64,000 nt of DNA from an uncultured virus (IMG/VR IMGVR_UViG_3300034418_007342) (IMGVR_UViG_3300034418_007342:1-64000), one strand, 5' to 3'. Shown: positions 1-10,094, numbered from the stretch's first letter. Numbers and translations are program-made. The notes: a model not told the origin generated them from the sequence alone.

Positions 1-334
1 CTCTTGCTTCAACGTAACTGCATTCTGCTTTACTCTTACAAAGGTATAGTATTTCCCTTGTAAAATTTTCACTGCCTAATGTTTTTACGTCTTCGATTAG
101 TTCCAAATTAGAGCCATAATATTCGCGCCAGTCAGAATCGACTTGTGATCGAATCTTCTTTTTGCGTTTGTTACCATTTTTGTATTTTACAGTTCTTGTT
201 GTTGTTTTTTTAAATTTTGCTAGTTTTTTGCCTATGTATTTGCGCCCTGATACACAGTTTGTAATGAGATATACAAATCCAGCACAGTCCTCGGGTAATT
301 GGTCAATATCTTTACCTTCATACAGCCAAGTCAT
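1..334 (-). CDS. GIY-YIG endonuclease (T4 EndoII/Seg-like), 3' end runs off the window
   Basis: Not in the ORF track. Manual translation from ATG at 334 gives MTWLYEGKDIDQLPEDCAGFVYLITNCVSGRKYIGKK...DWREYYGS...FTREIL...SYVEAR, with the GFVY...YIG motif, open to the window edge. Confidence 0.85.
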   Translation of the reverse strand, partial: MTWLYEGKDIDQLPEDCAGFVYLITNCVSGRKYIGKKLAKFKKTTTRTVKYKNGNKRKKKIRSQVDSDWREYYGSNLELIEDVKTLGSENFTREILYLCKSKAECSYVEAR

Positions 335-405
335 TGGGGATTTGTTCTACGTCCATGTGTATTTTAATTATGCCATAATAGTTTATAAGTTATAAGTTCT
401 GATTA

Positions 406-2178
406 TTATACAACTTCTACATCCGTTGTATAACTGGTAAATCCGTTTTCTTTGACTACAGTTAAAATATTATTTACACGCCCAGCCAATTCGTCTTTGT
501 GGCTGACAAGCCAGATACTCTTGTTGCTTTCTCTGCTCATTTTCTTAAGAATAGCCAAACTGTTTTCTACACCCGAAGCATCCATACCCGAATCTACTAA
601 CTCATCGATAAACAACAAGTTGATAGGTTGATACAGACTTTCCCATACATCACGGAAACTCCAACTTAAACTGAGGATCAAACGATTGCGTTCTCCCCTA
701 CTCAAGTTGTCAAAGTCTAACTCACGACCTAATTCTTCAATGCTTACAGTTAAGTCGTTTAAGAATTTGACCTGGTGTGGCAAACCAATACGATCCAGAT
801 ACTGCGCCAATCTGCCGTTTAAGTAACTTAGGTTCTGATCAATGATCTTTTTACGAATAAATGAATCTTTGTTGGTCAACAGTTTGAGCAAGAACTCTTG
901 GTGCTCTTTGACTCTGGTCAATTCATTGATAGTGTCGTAAGTAATCTCTTCAACCGCAGTTTCTTTCATTTCTGCGATCTGTTCACTGTAGGGATCCGGT
1001 TCTTCCTGTTTGGCAGTTAACTGCGTTAGCACACTGCCCATACTGCTTCTATGTTCAAATGCATCTGCTTCTGCTGAGTAAAATGTTTCGGGCCGACTGC
1101 CTAACTCGCCTATGTCTGCTACAGTTTTTGTGTGCTCCTGCCATTGTGTGTCATTTGTTAATAACTGTAGTGCGGCTTCTTGCTTTTGTTCTTGCTTGCT
1201 TTTAAGTATTTCTTCTTGCTTGGCATCGTGTATGTCCTGCCCACAAGCATGGCACTTATGGTCTTCCAATAGAGCAATTTCTTTTTCTAGTTTGTCAATG
1301 AGTTTCTGTTGTTTGTCGTTGTCACGTTCAATACTAGTAATCCATTTTGTGCATTCGTCAACTTGCGACTTTTTACGGTCATAATCTGCCAACAGTTTGT
1401 GTGCAGCCAATTCTGCTTCAATGTCTAACTTGGCCAGTTCGTCATAGGCACTTTGTAAAGCAGCAACTTCACTGTCTTTTTTCTTTTGCCACAGTACTTG
1501 CCTGCGCTCTAAACTTTCAATTTGATTGTTGATGCGCTCGTTGGCATCTGACACTGCTTTAATTCTTGCTTCTTCATGTTGAATGGCATCTTTAGTAGAA
1601 CGATTTAGCTCTTTCAATGCTTCAGCTTTTTCACTCAGCATGGTAATACCCAGAAGCTGCTCAATGATAGCACGTTGGTCATTGGCCCGCATACTGAGAA
1701 AAGGCTCTGTATAAGTGTTTAAGGCTACAACGTGCTTGAACATGTCATGACTCATGTTGAGCAAGCGTTCGATTTCCTGTTGTGTTTCTCTGCTGTCACC
1801 TTGACTGTTGTCGTCTCTACTTTCCTGCTCTTCGTCGTTGACATAGAACTTGAGCACATTGGGTTTGCGTCCACGCTCAATCCTGTAACTCTGTCCTTCG
1901 CAGTCAAAGTCGATGGTGATCAACATGGCCTTGCCGTTGGTCTTGTTGATTAGATTATCTTTTTTGATGTTAGTCAGTGCCTGTCCAAACAGTGCATAAC
2001 TAAGTGCATTGATGATTGTAGTCTTGCCTGTACCGTTACGTGCGCCACTATCATCGCCACCCAAGTCTAAGTTTTCACCTAACACCAAAGTCAAGTCTTG
2101 GCGATCAAAGTCAATGCCCTGTGTGGCATTGCCCACGCTCATAAAGTTTTTAACTGACAGTGTTTTTATTTTGAACAT
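406..2178 (-). CDS. Rad50/SbcC-like recombination nuclease ATPase subunit (T4 gp46-like)
   Basis: Walker A NGTGKTT, coiled coil with CHAC zinc hook, signature LSRGE, Walker B LLFIDE, H-loop SH. Confidence 0.93.
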   Translation of the reverse strand: MFKIKTLSVKNFMSVGNATQGIDFDRQDLTLVLGENLDLGGDDSGARNGTGKTTIINALSYALFGQALTNIKKDNLINKTNGKAMLITIDFDCEGQSYRIERGRKPNVLKFYVNDEEQESRDDNSQGDSRETQQEIERLLNMSHDMFKHVVALNTYTEPFLSMRANDQRAIIEQLLGITMLSEKAEALKELNRSTKDAIQHEEARIKAVSDANERINNQIESLERRQVLWQKKKDSEVAALQSAYDELAKLDIEAELAAHKLLADYDRKKSQVDECTKWITSIERDNDKQQKLIDKLEKEIALLEDHKCHACGQDIHDAKQEEILKSKQEQKQEAALQLLTNDTQWQEHTKTVADIGELGSRPETFYSAEADAFEHRSSMGSVLTQLTAKQEEPDPYSEQIAEMKETAVEEITYDTINELTRVKEHQEFLLKLLTNKDSFIRKKIIDQNLSYLNGRLAQYLDRIGLPHQVKFLNDLTVSIEELGRELDFDNLSRGERNRLILSLSWSFRDVWESLYQPINLLFIDELVDSGMDASGVENSLAILKKMSRESNKSIWLVSHKDELAGRVNNILTVVKENGFTSYTTDVEVV

Positions 2179-3244
2179 TATCGCTTATTTCTTTATAAAT
2201 TGGTTTGAATACTTGATCGATGTAGTCTAAAATTATTTGCCTATTATACAACAGTCTACTTTCTAATTCAAGATTTATTTGTTTCAAATAGTCTAGCGGC
2301 CACTTAGAAACAATCTCCGCTTGTTTCATAACTGCCAAGAATCTTTCACTGGGATCTTCAATGGAGTCATAACTTTCATCCCAGTAATCGTCAAAAGTTT
2401 TTATTCCAAACGACTGCAGATATCGAATAGTTCCTACCGCACCCAATATGATAAAAGGAGTTGTACACAATATTGGTCTCAATATTTTTTCACTTATGTA
2501 AACAGATGGGTAATCAAAAACTGATTCGGACACTAAATCTACTGCGAATTCTTTGTAAAAATCAGATCCGTTTGGTGGTATATTTGGATTTATGTAACTT
2601 TTTGGTACAGGAATTTGATTTAAAAATAAAATTTCTTTGTTTTGCGTTAACGTTGTCCAATCTTCACTAACTGAAATCGCATTATTGTAAACATAATCCA
2701 AATTGTCATCGATATTGCTCTGATTTTGATTTGTAGGTATTTCACTTAGCATTTTAGTGTTTGGATTGTTAATTGAATACTGAATCTCCGAACAATTATT
2801 TTTAATGATGTAGGCTATAAGTTTTTCTCTATGTGCTCTTAATAAGCCCACCATACACAACATAGGATATATTATATTTTTCCTATATCTTATAATATCT
2901 TTAACATTGTTGTAACTATTATAGTTTAGAATAAGATTAAAAACTTCCGGTTGATCATTATTGTCAAAGTAAGGAATTAATTGTTTTTTAAGGTTACTAC
3001 TGTTACAAATAAATCTAAAAACGAAACCAGGAAATCCCATAGATTTAATCGCTAATAATAGATTGTATATTGTAAAACTCAAAGGAGAATTTAAAAAATA
3101 AAAGTCAGTGTCGTTATGTAAAACTACAATTCTTTCATTTGGCTTAAATTCTTCCTTAAAAAGTGTTTTTAACTTACCATGTAATGAAGGTGCGTCTTGC
3201 CGATAATGGATCAAGTCAATAACATCAATTACGCTAATAGTCAT
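2150..3244 (-). CDS. Putative glycosyltransferase-like protein (EK..RP motif, GT10-like C-terminus)
   Basis: C-terminal ESVFDYPSVYISEKILRPI...PFIILG...GIKTFDDYWDESYD matches 41032..42108 by eye. AT-rich. Confidence 0.5.
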   Translation of the reverse strand: MTISVIDVIDLIHYRQDAPSLHGKLKTLFKEEFKPNERIVVLHNDTDFYFLNSPLSFTIYNLLLAIKSMGFPGFVFRFICNSSNLKKQLIPYFDNNDQPEVFNLILNYNSYNNVKDIIRYRKNIIYPMLCMVGLLRAHREKLIAYIIKNNCSEIQYSINNPNTKMLSEIPTNQNQSNIDDNLDYVYNNAISVSEDWTTLTQNKEILFLNQIPVPKSYINPNIPPNGSDFYKEFAVDLVSESVFDYPSVYISEKILRPILCTTPFIILGAVGTIRYLQSFGIKTFDDYWDESYDSIEDPSERFLAVMKQAEIVSKWPLDYLKQINLELESRLLYNRQIILDYIDQVFKPIYKEISDNVQNKNTVS

Positions 3245-3956
3245 GCAAGTTCCTCCAATGATTGTATATGTTTTCTAAATTTTCATATGGAATTATTTGC
3301 AAAGTATTTGCAATTTTTTGTAGGTTATCTATGATACTTTTATATTCTAGTAATTCACTTAGCGGGATCACAATATCGTTTTTTCCAACAGGAGGATTTT
3401 TAAAAAGATGAGTGAAGTTGTCTTCAATAATATTGTTCCTTATGAATCTATATAGACTGTTTGTTTTTACTTTGTACAGATTTTGGCTTTCAAAGCCAGC
3501 AATTTTATAACTGTCTCTATGTTCTTGTTGAGTAATTTCATAGCCATCATCTATTTTACGTGCAGAGTATCGTTTGCGCCATTTGCTTTTATAGAACCAT
3601 TTTAAACTTGGCTGATCTAGCATAATAGTAATTATTTGATAATGCTGCATCCAATTTGGGATATTAAATTTATGTGTATGTAATGGTATCCACAAGTCGG
3701 CAAAATTTATTGGAAGATTTGATAAATCGTCCCCTCTTGTATATGTTGCACTGTAATATTGATTTATTGAATAGCAGTTTTTTGGTTCATTATCTAACCA
3801 AGAATCAAAATCGCTGGTAAAACTACTTTTAAACCATTCTGAATCAGATTGCTCAGTGTTATTCCAAGATTGTATATCGGGGTGAAATCCTAGAAGAGCA
3901 CAAAGCATTTTACCTGCACCTCCTGGCGGATAACGCACAACAAGAAATTTTGCCAC
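3234..3956 (-). CDS. Hypothetical protein, possible P-loop/sulfotransferase-like fold
   Basis: N-terminal VVRYPPGGAGKML resembles a PAPS-binding/P-loop. AT-rich, overlaps its neighbours. Confidence 0.4.
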   Translation of the reverse strand: MAKFLVVRYPPGGAGKMLCALLGFHPDIQSWNNTEQSDSEWFKSSFTSDFDSWLDNEPKNCYSINQYYSATYTRGDDLSNLPINFADLWIPLHTHKFNIPNWMQHYQIITIMLDQPSLKWFYKSKWRKRYSARKIDDGYEITQQEHRDSYKIAGFESQNLYKVKTNSLYRFIRNNIIEDNFTHLFKNPPVGKNDIVIPLSELLEYKSIIDNLQKIANTLQIIPYENLENIYNHWRNLHDY

Positions 3957-4972
3957 TAAAGATTCCTATAAATGTCCAGTAACAGATTATTATCGTAGTG
4001 ATCGCTGGCAATAGCAGTTAGTTGATTAGTTACAATCTGATCTACACTTTCGAACTGCACATTACCCTGTATTTCATACTCTGATAAGTCTGTATTCTTT
4101 TGCGGCAGCAGTGTAATCTCACGCAGGTTATACTGCCCAATAAAAGTTTCTTTGATAAAATTGGCTTCTTCGTAACTGATATCAATGTCCAAGTTCACAC
4201 GCACATGCATACCTGGCGCCAGTATGTCGTCGGCATGATCCAGTATTGCTGCCAAGCCTAACACACGGTATCTGGGTTGATCGGGCCAAGCATGATACTC
4301 AGGCTCTTTGCCCCATTCAATAACACACAGTCCTCTGTCATCATCACCAGCGTCTGCATAGTTGTGTGGAAAGCAGTTGCCAATATAAGTGATGTTGCCG
4401 TGGTTTTGTCTTTTGTGAAAGTGCCCTGTGTAAACTTGTTCACAGGCCCGAAACTGTTCACGTTTGACTTCACCGTGATCGGGCATCTGCACCATGGCGT
4501 TCATGTAAAAGTGAGGAAGTTCAAAGTGTCCAAATACATATTTGGTCTTTAGTTTTGGCACACGTTTGTAGTCATCACCTACCAACCAAGGTGCAATAGT
4601 TACATCACCTTCCGAGAACCAATCATTACAGATTCTAACATTGGGCAAATGTCTAGCCCACTCTACACTCTGTATGTCACGTTTGTCCCTATAGTACAAA
4701 TCGTGGTTACCAGGGATAAAGTAGACCTGATCAAAGTTTGCGTTTAAATGCTCTAAGGCCTGCAGACTGTAGTTCAGTGTAACAATATTAATACTGGCAC
4801 GGTTGTTGTGCCAGTCCCCCAGGAATAAAGCAGTTTCGCAGCCTTGGTCTCGTGCAGTCTGAGTAGCCCATTTGACAAAGTTCAAACAGTCTTCGTTATG
4901 CAGTTGACTGTTTGACTTTAAGCCAAAGTGTATGTCCGTGAACACGGCTGCTTTTTTGAATAGATTAGCCAT
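3956..4972 (-). CDS. Mre11/SbcD-like metallophosphoesterase nuclease subunit (T4 gp47-like)
   Basis: DIHFG, GDWH, GNHD, GHF and GHFH phosphoesterase motifs, upstream of the gp46-like gene. Confidence 0.93.
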   Translation of the reverse strand: MANLFKKAAVFTDIHFGLKSNSQLHNEDCLNFVKWATQTARDQGCETALFLGDWHNNRASINIVTLNYSLQALEHLNANFDQVYFIPGNHDLYYRDKRDIQSVEWARHLPNVRICNDWFSEGDVTIAPWLVGDDYKRVPKLKTKYVFGHFELPHFYMNAMVQMPDHGEVKREQFRACEQVYTGHFHKRQNHGNITYIGNCFPHNYADAGDDDRGLCVIEWGKEPEYHAWPDQPRYRVLGLAAILDHADDILAPGMHVRVNLDIDISYEEANFIKETFIGQYNLREITLLPQKNTDLSEYEIQGNVQFESVDQIVTNQLTAIASDHYDNNLLLDIYRNL

Positions 4973-4978
4973 CTATCT

Positions 4979-5007
4979 ATTATAACTTCGTTTTTGGTCT
5001 ACTGCAA
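4979..5007 (-). promoter_or_regulatory. sigma70-type promoter for the gp47-like gene (predicted leaderless mRNA)
   Basis: Minus strand reads TTGCAG-N17-TATAAT-N6-ATG(4972). Confidence 0.65.
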
Positions 5008-5019
5008 CTGGAAAAATTG

Positions 5020-5898
5020 TCATTCGTCGTAATATCCGCCACCACCACCAGTCATCATGCCCTGTCGTGTATAACTGGGGTTTAGGTTGTTCATTTCTAA
5101 AATGTCATCTCTGATATTTTGGTTACGTTTTTCAATGTTGAGCACACGAGTAAACGAGTTAGTAATTGCCGCAGTATAGTAAGCAAATGGGTTCTGACTC
5201 TTGCTTTCATCAAACTGTAAGCCAATTTGGCTTAACTGTAGCAGTGCCTGGCTACGCATTTCGTCGTTGTAAGTGTAGCCGCGCCAATTTGATCGAGTAG
5301 CATAACGCTCGCACAGTTTCATAAACATGTGTGCCAATTTGTTGGTCATTTGTCCATGCTCACGTGAAAATTCTCCCGACTCTAAATCGCCCCGCCAGTG
5401 ACTTTTGCCTACCAGTACAGGTTCACCCTCGGCATCGACACGATAGTGATAAAACGGTGGAAAGTTTACTTTGACATACTTGTTATGTTTAGGATCTTCC
5501 TCGTCATACTCGGTGTGTGCTGGTTCGTCCTCATCGTCAACTAAGTCTTTAGCCTGTTGACGTGCTTTGTTAGTTTTGACTTCATCTAAGGGGATATGCT
5601 CCCAAGTCATTACACGAAACACACAGTCAGTTTGTGGGATTTTGGTATACTTAATTTCAAAATCTTCTAACTTTTGCTTTTGTCCTGTTTCTTTTACAGC
5701 CTGCTCATGTGCCAGTTTGGTCAAGCGTTCCGCCCTTGCACGGCGTGCAGCCACAATGTTTTTCTTATTGATTTTTTTGACACTGTCTACGATCATGTCA
5801 AAATTAGCAGCGTCTTGGTCCAAATAACTGCAATAGGTAGTTTTACTTTTGTGTATTTCTTTAAGAATATCTTTATTATTAAGGTAATTGTGTTTAAT
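5020..5898 (-). CDS. Late-transcription sigma factor (T4 gp55-like), probable ATT start at 5898
   Basis: NWRGYTYNDEM...FDESKSQNPFAYYT is gp55-like. The frame extends upstream of the track's TTG (5823) through KHNYLNNKDILKEIHKSK to an ATT 7 nt after AGGAG, with an in-frame TAA at 5913-5911. Confidence 0.85.
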   Translation of the reverse strand: MKHNYLNNKDILKEIHKSKTTYCSYLDQDAANFDMIVDSVKKINKKNIVAARRARAERLTKLAHEQAVKETGQKQKLEDFEIKYTKIPQTDCVFRVMTWEHIPLDEVKTNKARQQAKDLVDDEDEPAHTEYDEEDPKHNKYVKVNFPPFYHYRVDAEGEPVLVGKSHWRGDLESGEFSREHGQMTNKLAHMFMKLCERYATRSNWRGYTYNDEMRSQALLQLSQIGLQFDESKSQNPFAYYTAAITNSFTRVLNIEKRNQNIRDDILEMNNLNPSYTRQGMMTGGGGGYYDE

Positions 5899-5923
5899 AA
5901 CCGTTCTCCTTTATACTGTTATA

Positions 5924-5952
5924 ATAGTAACATAGTTTTACTGGGTTGTCAA
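5924..5952 (-). promoter_or_regulatory. sigma70-type promoter for the late sigma gene
   Basis: Minus strand reads TTGACA-N17-TACTAT, followed by the AAGGAG SD. Confidence 0.7.
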
Positions 5953-5985
5953 TTCTTGAATGCAAAATTGGCATAATTTTTGGCG

Positions 5986-5992
5986 ATAAATA
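5986..5992 (+). promoter_or_regulatory. T4-type late promoter motif (ATAAATA)
   Basis: Ends 18 nt before ATG 6011. The same TAAATA core precedes most structural genes. Confidence 0.7.
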
Positions 5993-6010
5993 TTTTAAAT
6001 CGGAATAATT

Positions 6011-6922
6011 ATGGCAAATTTACAGCAAGGTCCTAGTAGTAACTCAGACAACACAGATCCATCTGGAGTTAGTCAAACTGCTGGGGTAGCACCACAACAA
6101 CAGTTTGCATCAGGCGGAGATGCAAGTGCATTTCGTTTAAGTACCCTTGCAGAAGGCATTGTAAAAGGTGGAGCCTTTGCTTTGGAAGCCATAGCTGGTA
6201 GTGTATTTAACTTTAATTCTACTGGTGCGAACCCTAGTTCAATTGGTCCTGACGATGACTGGCGTGTGCGTATTAGTATGCAACCACAGACTGCTGCATT
6301 GTTTTATAATAATCCAGGTAATCCTATATTGTACCCGTTGAGTCAAACCAATGGTGTAGTTTTTCCTTATACTCCACAAGTAGATATTTCACACCAGGCT
6401 GATTACACAGCGCAACCATTAACACATAGCAATTATCAAAGTTACTTTTATGACAAAAGTTCAGTACAACGTATAAACATTACTGCTGATTTTACTGTAC
6501 AAAATATTCAAGAAGGACAGTATCTTGCTGCAGTTATGCAATTCTTAAAAAGCACAACAAAAATGTTTTTTGGAAATAGTCAACTAGCAGGTACACCACC
6601 TCCAATGGTGTTTTTAGACGGATATGGTCCAGCAATTTTACCACACGTTCCTTGTGTAGTGACAGATTTTAGTTATACTATGCCTGGTGATGTAGACTAT
6701 ATAAAAATACCAGTTGGCGCCAGTTTGCAAAGCACCGCCGGCAATCCCATACAAAATAGTAATTATGCAGTACCAGCAAGACTGCCCACTGCTTGTACAT
6801 TACGTATCGGACTACAGCCAATTTACAGCAAAAATAACGTGGCAAGAAACTTTACACTAGAGCGTTATGCTGCTGGAGGCCTGATACAAGATTCACGTGG
6901 CGCTAGGGGAGGATTTATTTAA
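6011..6922 (+). CDS. Putative baseplate/tail-tube-fold protein (gp48/gp54-like)
   Basis: First gene of the baseplate block. GVVFPYTPQV...HSNY, GTPPP..FLDGYG and VPCVVTDFSYTMP are typical of tube-initiator-like proteins. Confidence 0.55.
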   Translation: MANLQQGPSSNSDNTDPSGVSQTAGVAPQQQFASGGDASAFRLSTLAEGIVKGGAFALEAIAGSVFNFNSTGANPSSIGPDDDWRVRISMQPQTAALFYNNPGNPILYPLSQTNGVVFPYTPQVDISHQADYTAQPLTHSNYQSYFYDKSSVQRINITADFTVQNIQEGQYLAAVMQFLKSTTKMFFGNSQLAGTPPPMVFLDGYGPAILPHVPCVVTDFSYTMPGDVDYIKIPVGASLQSTAGNPIQNSNYAVPARLPTACTLRIGLQPIYSKNNVARNFTLERYAAGGLIQDSRGARGGFI

Positions 6923-7236
6923 TGGCACGGTCTAGTTCTAAGGTTGAATACAACTCAACAAGTCCTTATTACAATACACCGGTTATTGGAGGATACCTGG
7001 ATTTAGCAAACATTCCTAGCATTCCTAAACTGCAAGGTGATGTTATTGTTACTGTAAACAAGACTTATCAGTATCGGCCGGACCTATTAGCATATGACTT
7101 ATACGGTGATCCTGGATTATGGTGGGTGTTTGCTGTAAGAAACCCAAATGTAATAAACGATCCCATTTTTGACATGCGTATTGGTAAACGTATTGCAGTA
7201 CCTAAAAAAGAAACATTACAAGGTATCATTACATAA
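6922..7236 (+). CDS. Baseplate wedge protein (T4 gp53/LysM-like)
   Basis: YQYRPDLLAYDLYGDPGLWWVFAVRN motif. Confidence 0.8.
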   Translation: MARSSSKVEYNSTSPYYNTPVIGGYLDLANIPSIPKLQGDVIVTVNKTYQYRPDLLAYDLYGDPGLWWVFAVRNPNVINDPIFDMRIGKRIAVPKKETLQGIIT

Positions 7237-10079
7237 TGGCTAACCTTTTTGATTTTAGTGCCGAGTTCGAAGGCGTCGATCAGGCAATTCAAGAACAAAC
7301 AGGCGCAGTATATAATGAACCAGATCCATTTGTAATACCGTCAAGTCGAAACACGACATCTGTAGTGGAATCGTTTGGTGCAGAGAATTTCGTACCTACA
7401 GGTAGTCTTAGTCCTTACTTGGTAGATGAAGCAGCCCAAGCACAAGTTGATGAATCGTTTATTCAAGAAGCAGAAGGTTTAAATGCACAACAATCTGCTT
7501 TTTCTCCTAGTCTGGTATCCCCTACCACAAAAGAACCTGTTTATACAGTAGAAGTAAGAGGTACTGCACCAGCACAACAACCACTTGTAAATCCCTTGCA
7601 CGATTTTGAAAGTTATACCTACAATTTAAGTTTACATGCAATCACAATTGAAAATTTCAATAATTTAACAGACAGCCCACGTGGATATATTCCAACCGAT
7701 GTTTTAATTGCAGGCGCTGGGCGTTACAGTGATAACTTTAAACGCAATCGCTTTTTTGAAGAAGACTTTTATTTTGAAAATCTAAGATTAGAGTCTATTG
7801 TTAACACAAAAAAGACAAATAGATTTAGTAATGTTGTTAATATAGAGTTTACAATCATTGAACCCGGTGGGTTTACTCTTATTCAAAGGTTAATTAGTGC
7901 TTGCGAACTTCCTCGCAGTCAAGGAGGAGTAGGAGGCCAAAATTATCTTAAACAGCCTTTCATATTACAAATTGATTTTTATGGACAAGTCGATGGTAAT
8001 ATAGGTGCTGGTATTATACCTAATCAAACAAAATTAATTCCAATTAAGTTAGTTTCAATGAACACTAAAATTGGTACAAAGGGCACACAATATGATTTCG
8101 AAGCAGTCCCTTATAACCATAATGCTTTTGACCCAACAAAAATAAACTTGCCAGCAAATTTCACCGTTAAAGCAGCAAAAGTTTATGATATATTTGGTGA
8201 TGGTGAAGTCACAACAGAATCCACAGCAGAATCGCAAGCACTACAAGACCAAATTGAAGCCAGAAATAATTATAGTGAAACGTATGGAGCTGCATTGACA
8301 GAAGATAATGAAGGGGCAGCAGCAGTTCTCGCAAACCAAGGAATCTACCAAACTAAGGTTACGCAAACACTTGGCAAAACAGGAATAGCGGCTGGATTTA
8401 ACAGTTATTACAAGACGTTAGAAGAAAAAAATAATTTAAAATACGATAGAATTAAATTTAGTTTAGATCCTGAAATTGGAGACTCGTTAATTTATACATC
8501 AGGACCAACTAGTATTTCTAATGCTGCAGAAACTGGTAGCACTGAAACTGCCGCTCAACAAGCAGGCGGAGCAAATAAAGGAACTATTGCTTTTAATGCC
8601 GGACAGTTAACTATACCTGCGGGCACAAATATTCAAAGTGTGATAGAATGGGCAATTACTAATAGCGAATATATGAGCAAACAGATAATAGGAGTACAAG
8701 GCGCGGGTGATCCCAGCAAAGGTGTTGTAAATCAAAGTGCTGAAATACTTAAATTGGTAAAAATCGTACCAAGAGTTAAAATCAGAGAATACGATCCTAC
8801 TAGAGCAAATTACAGTTATGACATAACTTATATAATTAGAAAATTCCTAGTTAATAGTAGGACACCAAACGCACCGCAAGGCAGAGTGCAAGGGTGGGTT
8901 AAAGAATACAACTACATTTATACCGGAGGTGTTAGTCCTTATACCGGTGATGTAGCAGTTAATAGAGACGTAATTAATCTTGATTTAGATTTTAACATGT
9001 TGTTTTATACAGCAATTACTGGATTTAGAGAAAAAAACAAACTGTTTACAACCGGCGCAACTCAAGCCAATGGTGCAGATGATTTACAGACAATATTGAA
9101 TGAAAATGCCAGTGGGTTCGAAGGCGATCCGGGAAATACTCCTAGTACACAAACAACTAACCCAGCAAAGGCATTAGAAGATCTTGTTGAACGTGCAGAA
9201 GTTGTATACCAGTCTGGTAGTAAAAGAAATCAAACTAGAACAGGTGCCGGCCAAGCTGGCGTTCAAGCGAGTGCAGATATATTAAACAATCAACTTTCTG
9301 ATGCTAGAGGTGATATGATCAACGTGTCACTTACTATCACAGGCGATCCCCATTGGATTAAACAAGACGACATTCTTTATAATCAAAATTTAGTTGGACA
9401 AACTAGTAGACTTACTCCTAATAACAGTCTTTACACTGACAGCGGTGAACTTTATGTTTACTTAAACTTTATGAGTCCCGTAGACTATGATGAATCAACC
9501 GGACTTGCTATACCTTTTGGATCTTCATATAATTACAGCCTTTTTTCTGGTGTCTACAAAGTTATAACTGTTACGTCGACGTTTAGAGGAGGAGAATTTC
9601 GACAAATATTAGAGTTGATTAGACTTCCCATTAGCGACCAGAATAGACTTAAAGAAGCACAGAGTGCATATAGACAGGCCTATGGTTTTGAAATTGGTAC
9701 AGGACAAGGCGTAGCATTTCAAACAAGTCAACTTGCAGGTCAACGAATTTTTGGTACTATACTAAGTGGAGCACTTTTAAATGGAGGTGCTGGATTAGAA
9801 AGCCTTGCTGCTGCTGCAACCAAAAAAGTATTTGGCGAAGTACAAAACATTGTAGCAAAAGAAATTGGTAGATTAACTTCGGATATTTTCGATAGCAGCA
9901 TTGCTGATAACGCAGCTGATGCTCTTTCTTCGATTAATTTTGATGACATCGGAGGCGTCAACGCTACATTCCAAGACCTTGGAACTGATCTTGTTAATAG
10001 TTTAGATTTCCTAGATGTTGAAGTAGGCGACCCTACGCAATTTACCAGTGATGTAGATTTCCTAGGCGACTGGTTGTGA
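7236..10079 (+). CDS. Putative baseplate hub protein (gp27-like) with acidic terminal extensions
   Basis: Lies between the gp53-like and gp5-like genes. Contains FTIIEP, LTITGDPHW and SGVYKVITVTSTFRGGEFRQILEL, which resemble hub proteins. Confidence 0.6.
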   Translation: MANLFDFSAEFEGVDQAIQEQTGAVYNEPDPFVIPSSRNTTSVVESFGAENFVPTGSLSPYLVDEAAQAQVDESFIQEAEGLNAQQSAFSPSLVSPTTKEPVYTVEVRGTAPAQQPLVNPLHDFESYTYNLSLHAITIENFNNLTDSPRGYIPTDVLIAGAGRYSDNFKRNRFFEEDFYFENLRLESIVNTKKTNRFSNVVNIEFTIIEPGGFTLIQRLISACELPRSQGGVGGQNYLKQPFILQIDFYGQVDGNIGAGIIPNQTKLIPIKLVSMNTKIGTKGTQYDFEAVPYNHNAFDPTKINLPANFTVKAAKVYDIFGDGEVTTESTAESQALQDQIEARNNYSETYGAALTEDNEGAAAVLANQGIYQTKVTQTLGKTGIAAGFNSYYKTLEEKNNLKYDRIKFSLDPEIGDSLIYTSGPTSISNAAETGSTETAAQQAGGANKGTIAFNAGQLTIPAGTNIQSVIEWAITNSEYMSKQIIGVQGAGDPSKGVVNQSAEILKLVKIVPRVKIREYDPTRANYSYDITYIIRKFLVNSRTPNAPQGRVQGWVKEYNYIYTGGVSPYTGDVAVNRDVINLDLDFNMLFYTAITGFREKNKLFTTGATQANGADDLQTILNENASGFEGDPGNTPSTQTTNPAKALEDLVERAEVVYQSGSKRNQTRTGAGQAGVQASADILNNQLSDARGDMINVSLTITGDPHWIKQDDILYNQNLVGQTSRLTPNNSLYTDSGELYVYLNFMSPVDYDESTGLAIPFGSSYNYSLFSGVYKVITVTSTFRGGEFRQILELIRLPISDQNRLKEAQSAYRQAYGFEIGTGQGVAFQTSQLAGQRIFGTILSGALLNGGAGLESLAAAATKKVFGEVQNIVAKEIGRLTSDIFDSSIADNAADALSSINFDDIGGVNATFQDLGTDLVNSLDFLDVEVGDPTQFTSDVDFLGDWL

Positions 10080-10094
10080 AGATAATTAACTAAT

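Noticed and set aside
406..4972. Bacterial chromosomal sbcCD locus
   Set aside because: The short gp46-sized coiled coil and the adjacent gp55-like and baseplate genes indicate a phage.
5824..5913. Intron or frameshift explaining the missing sigma-factor start
   Set aside because: The frame is continuous up to an SD and a promoter, leaving no room for an upstream exon.
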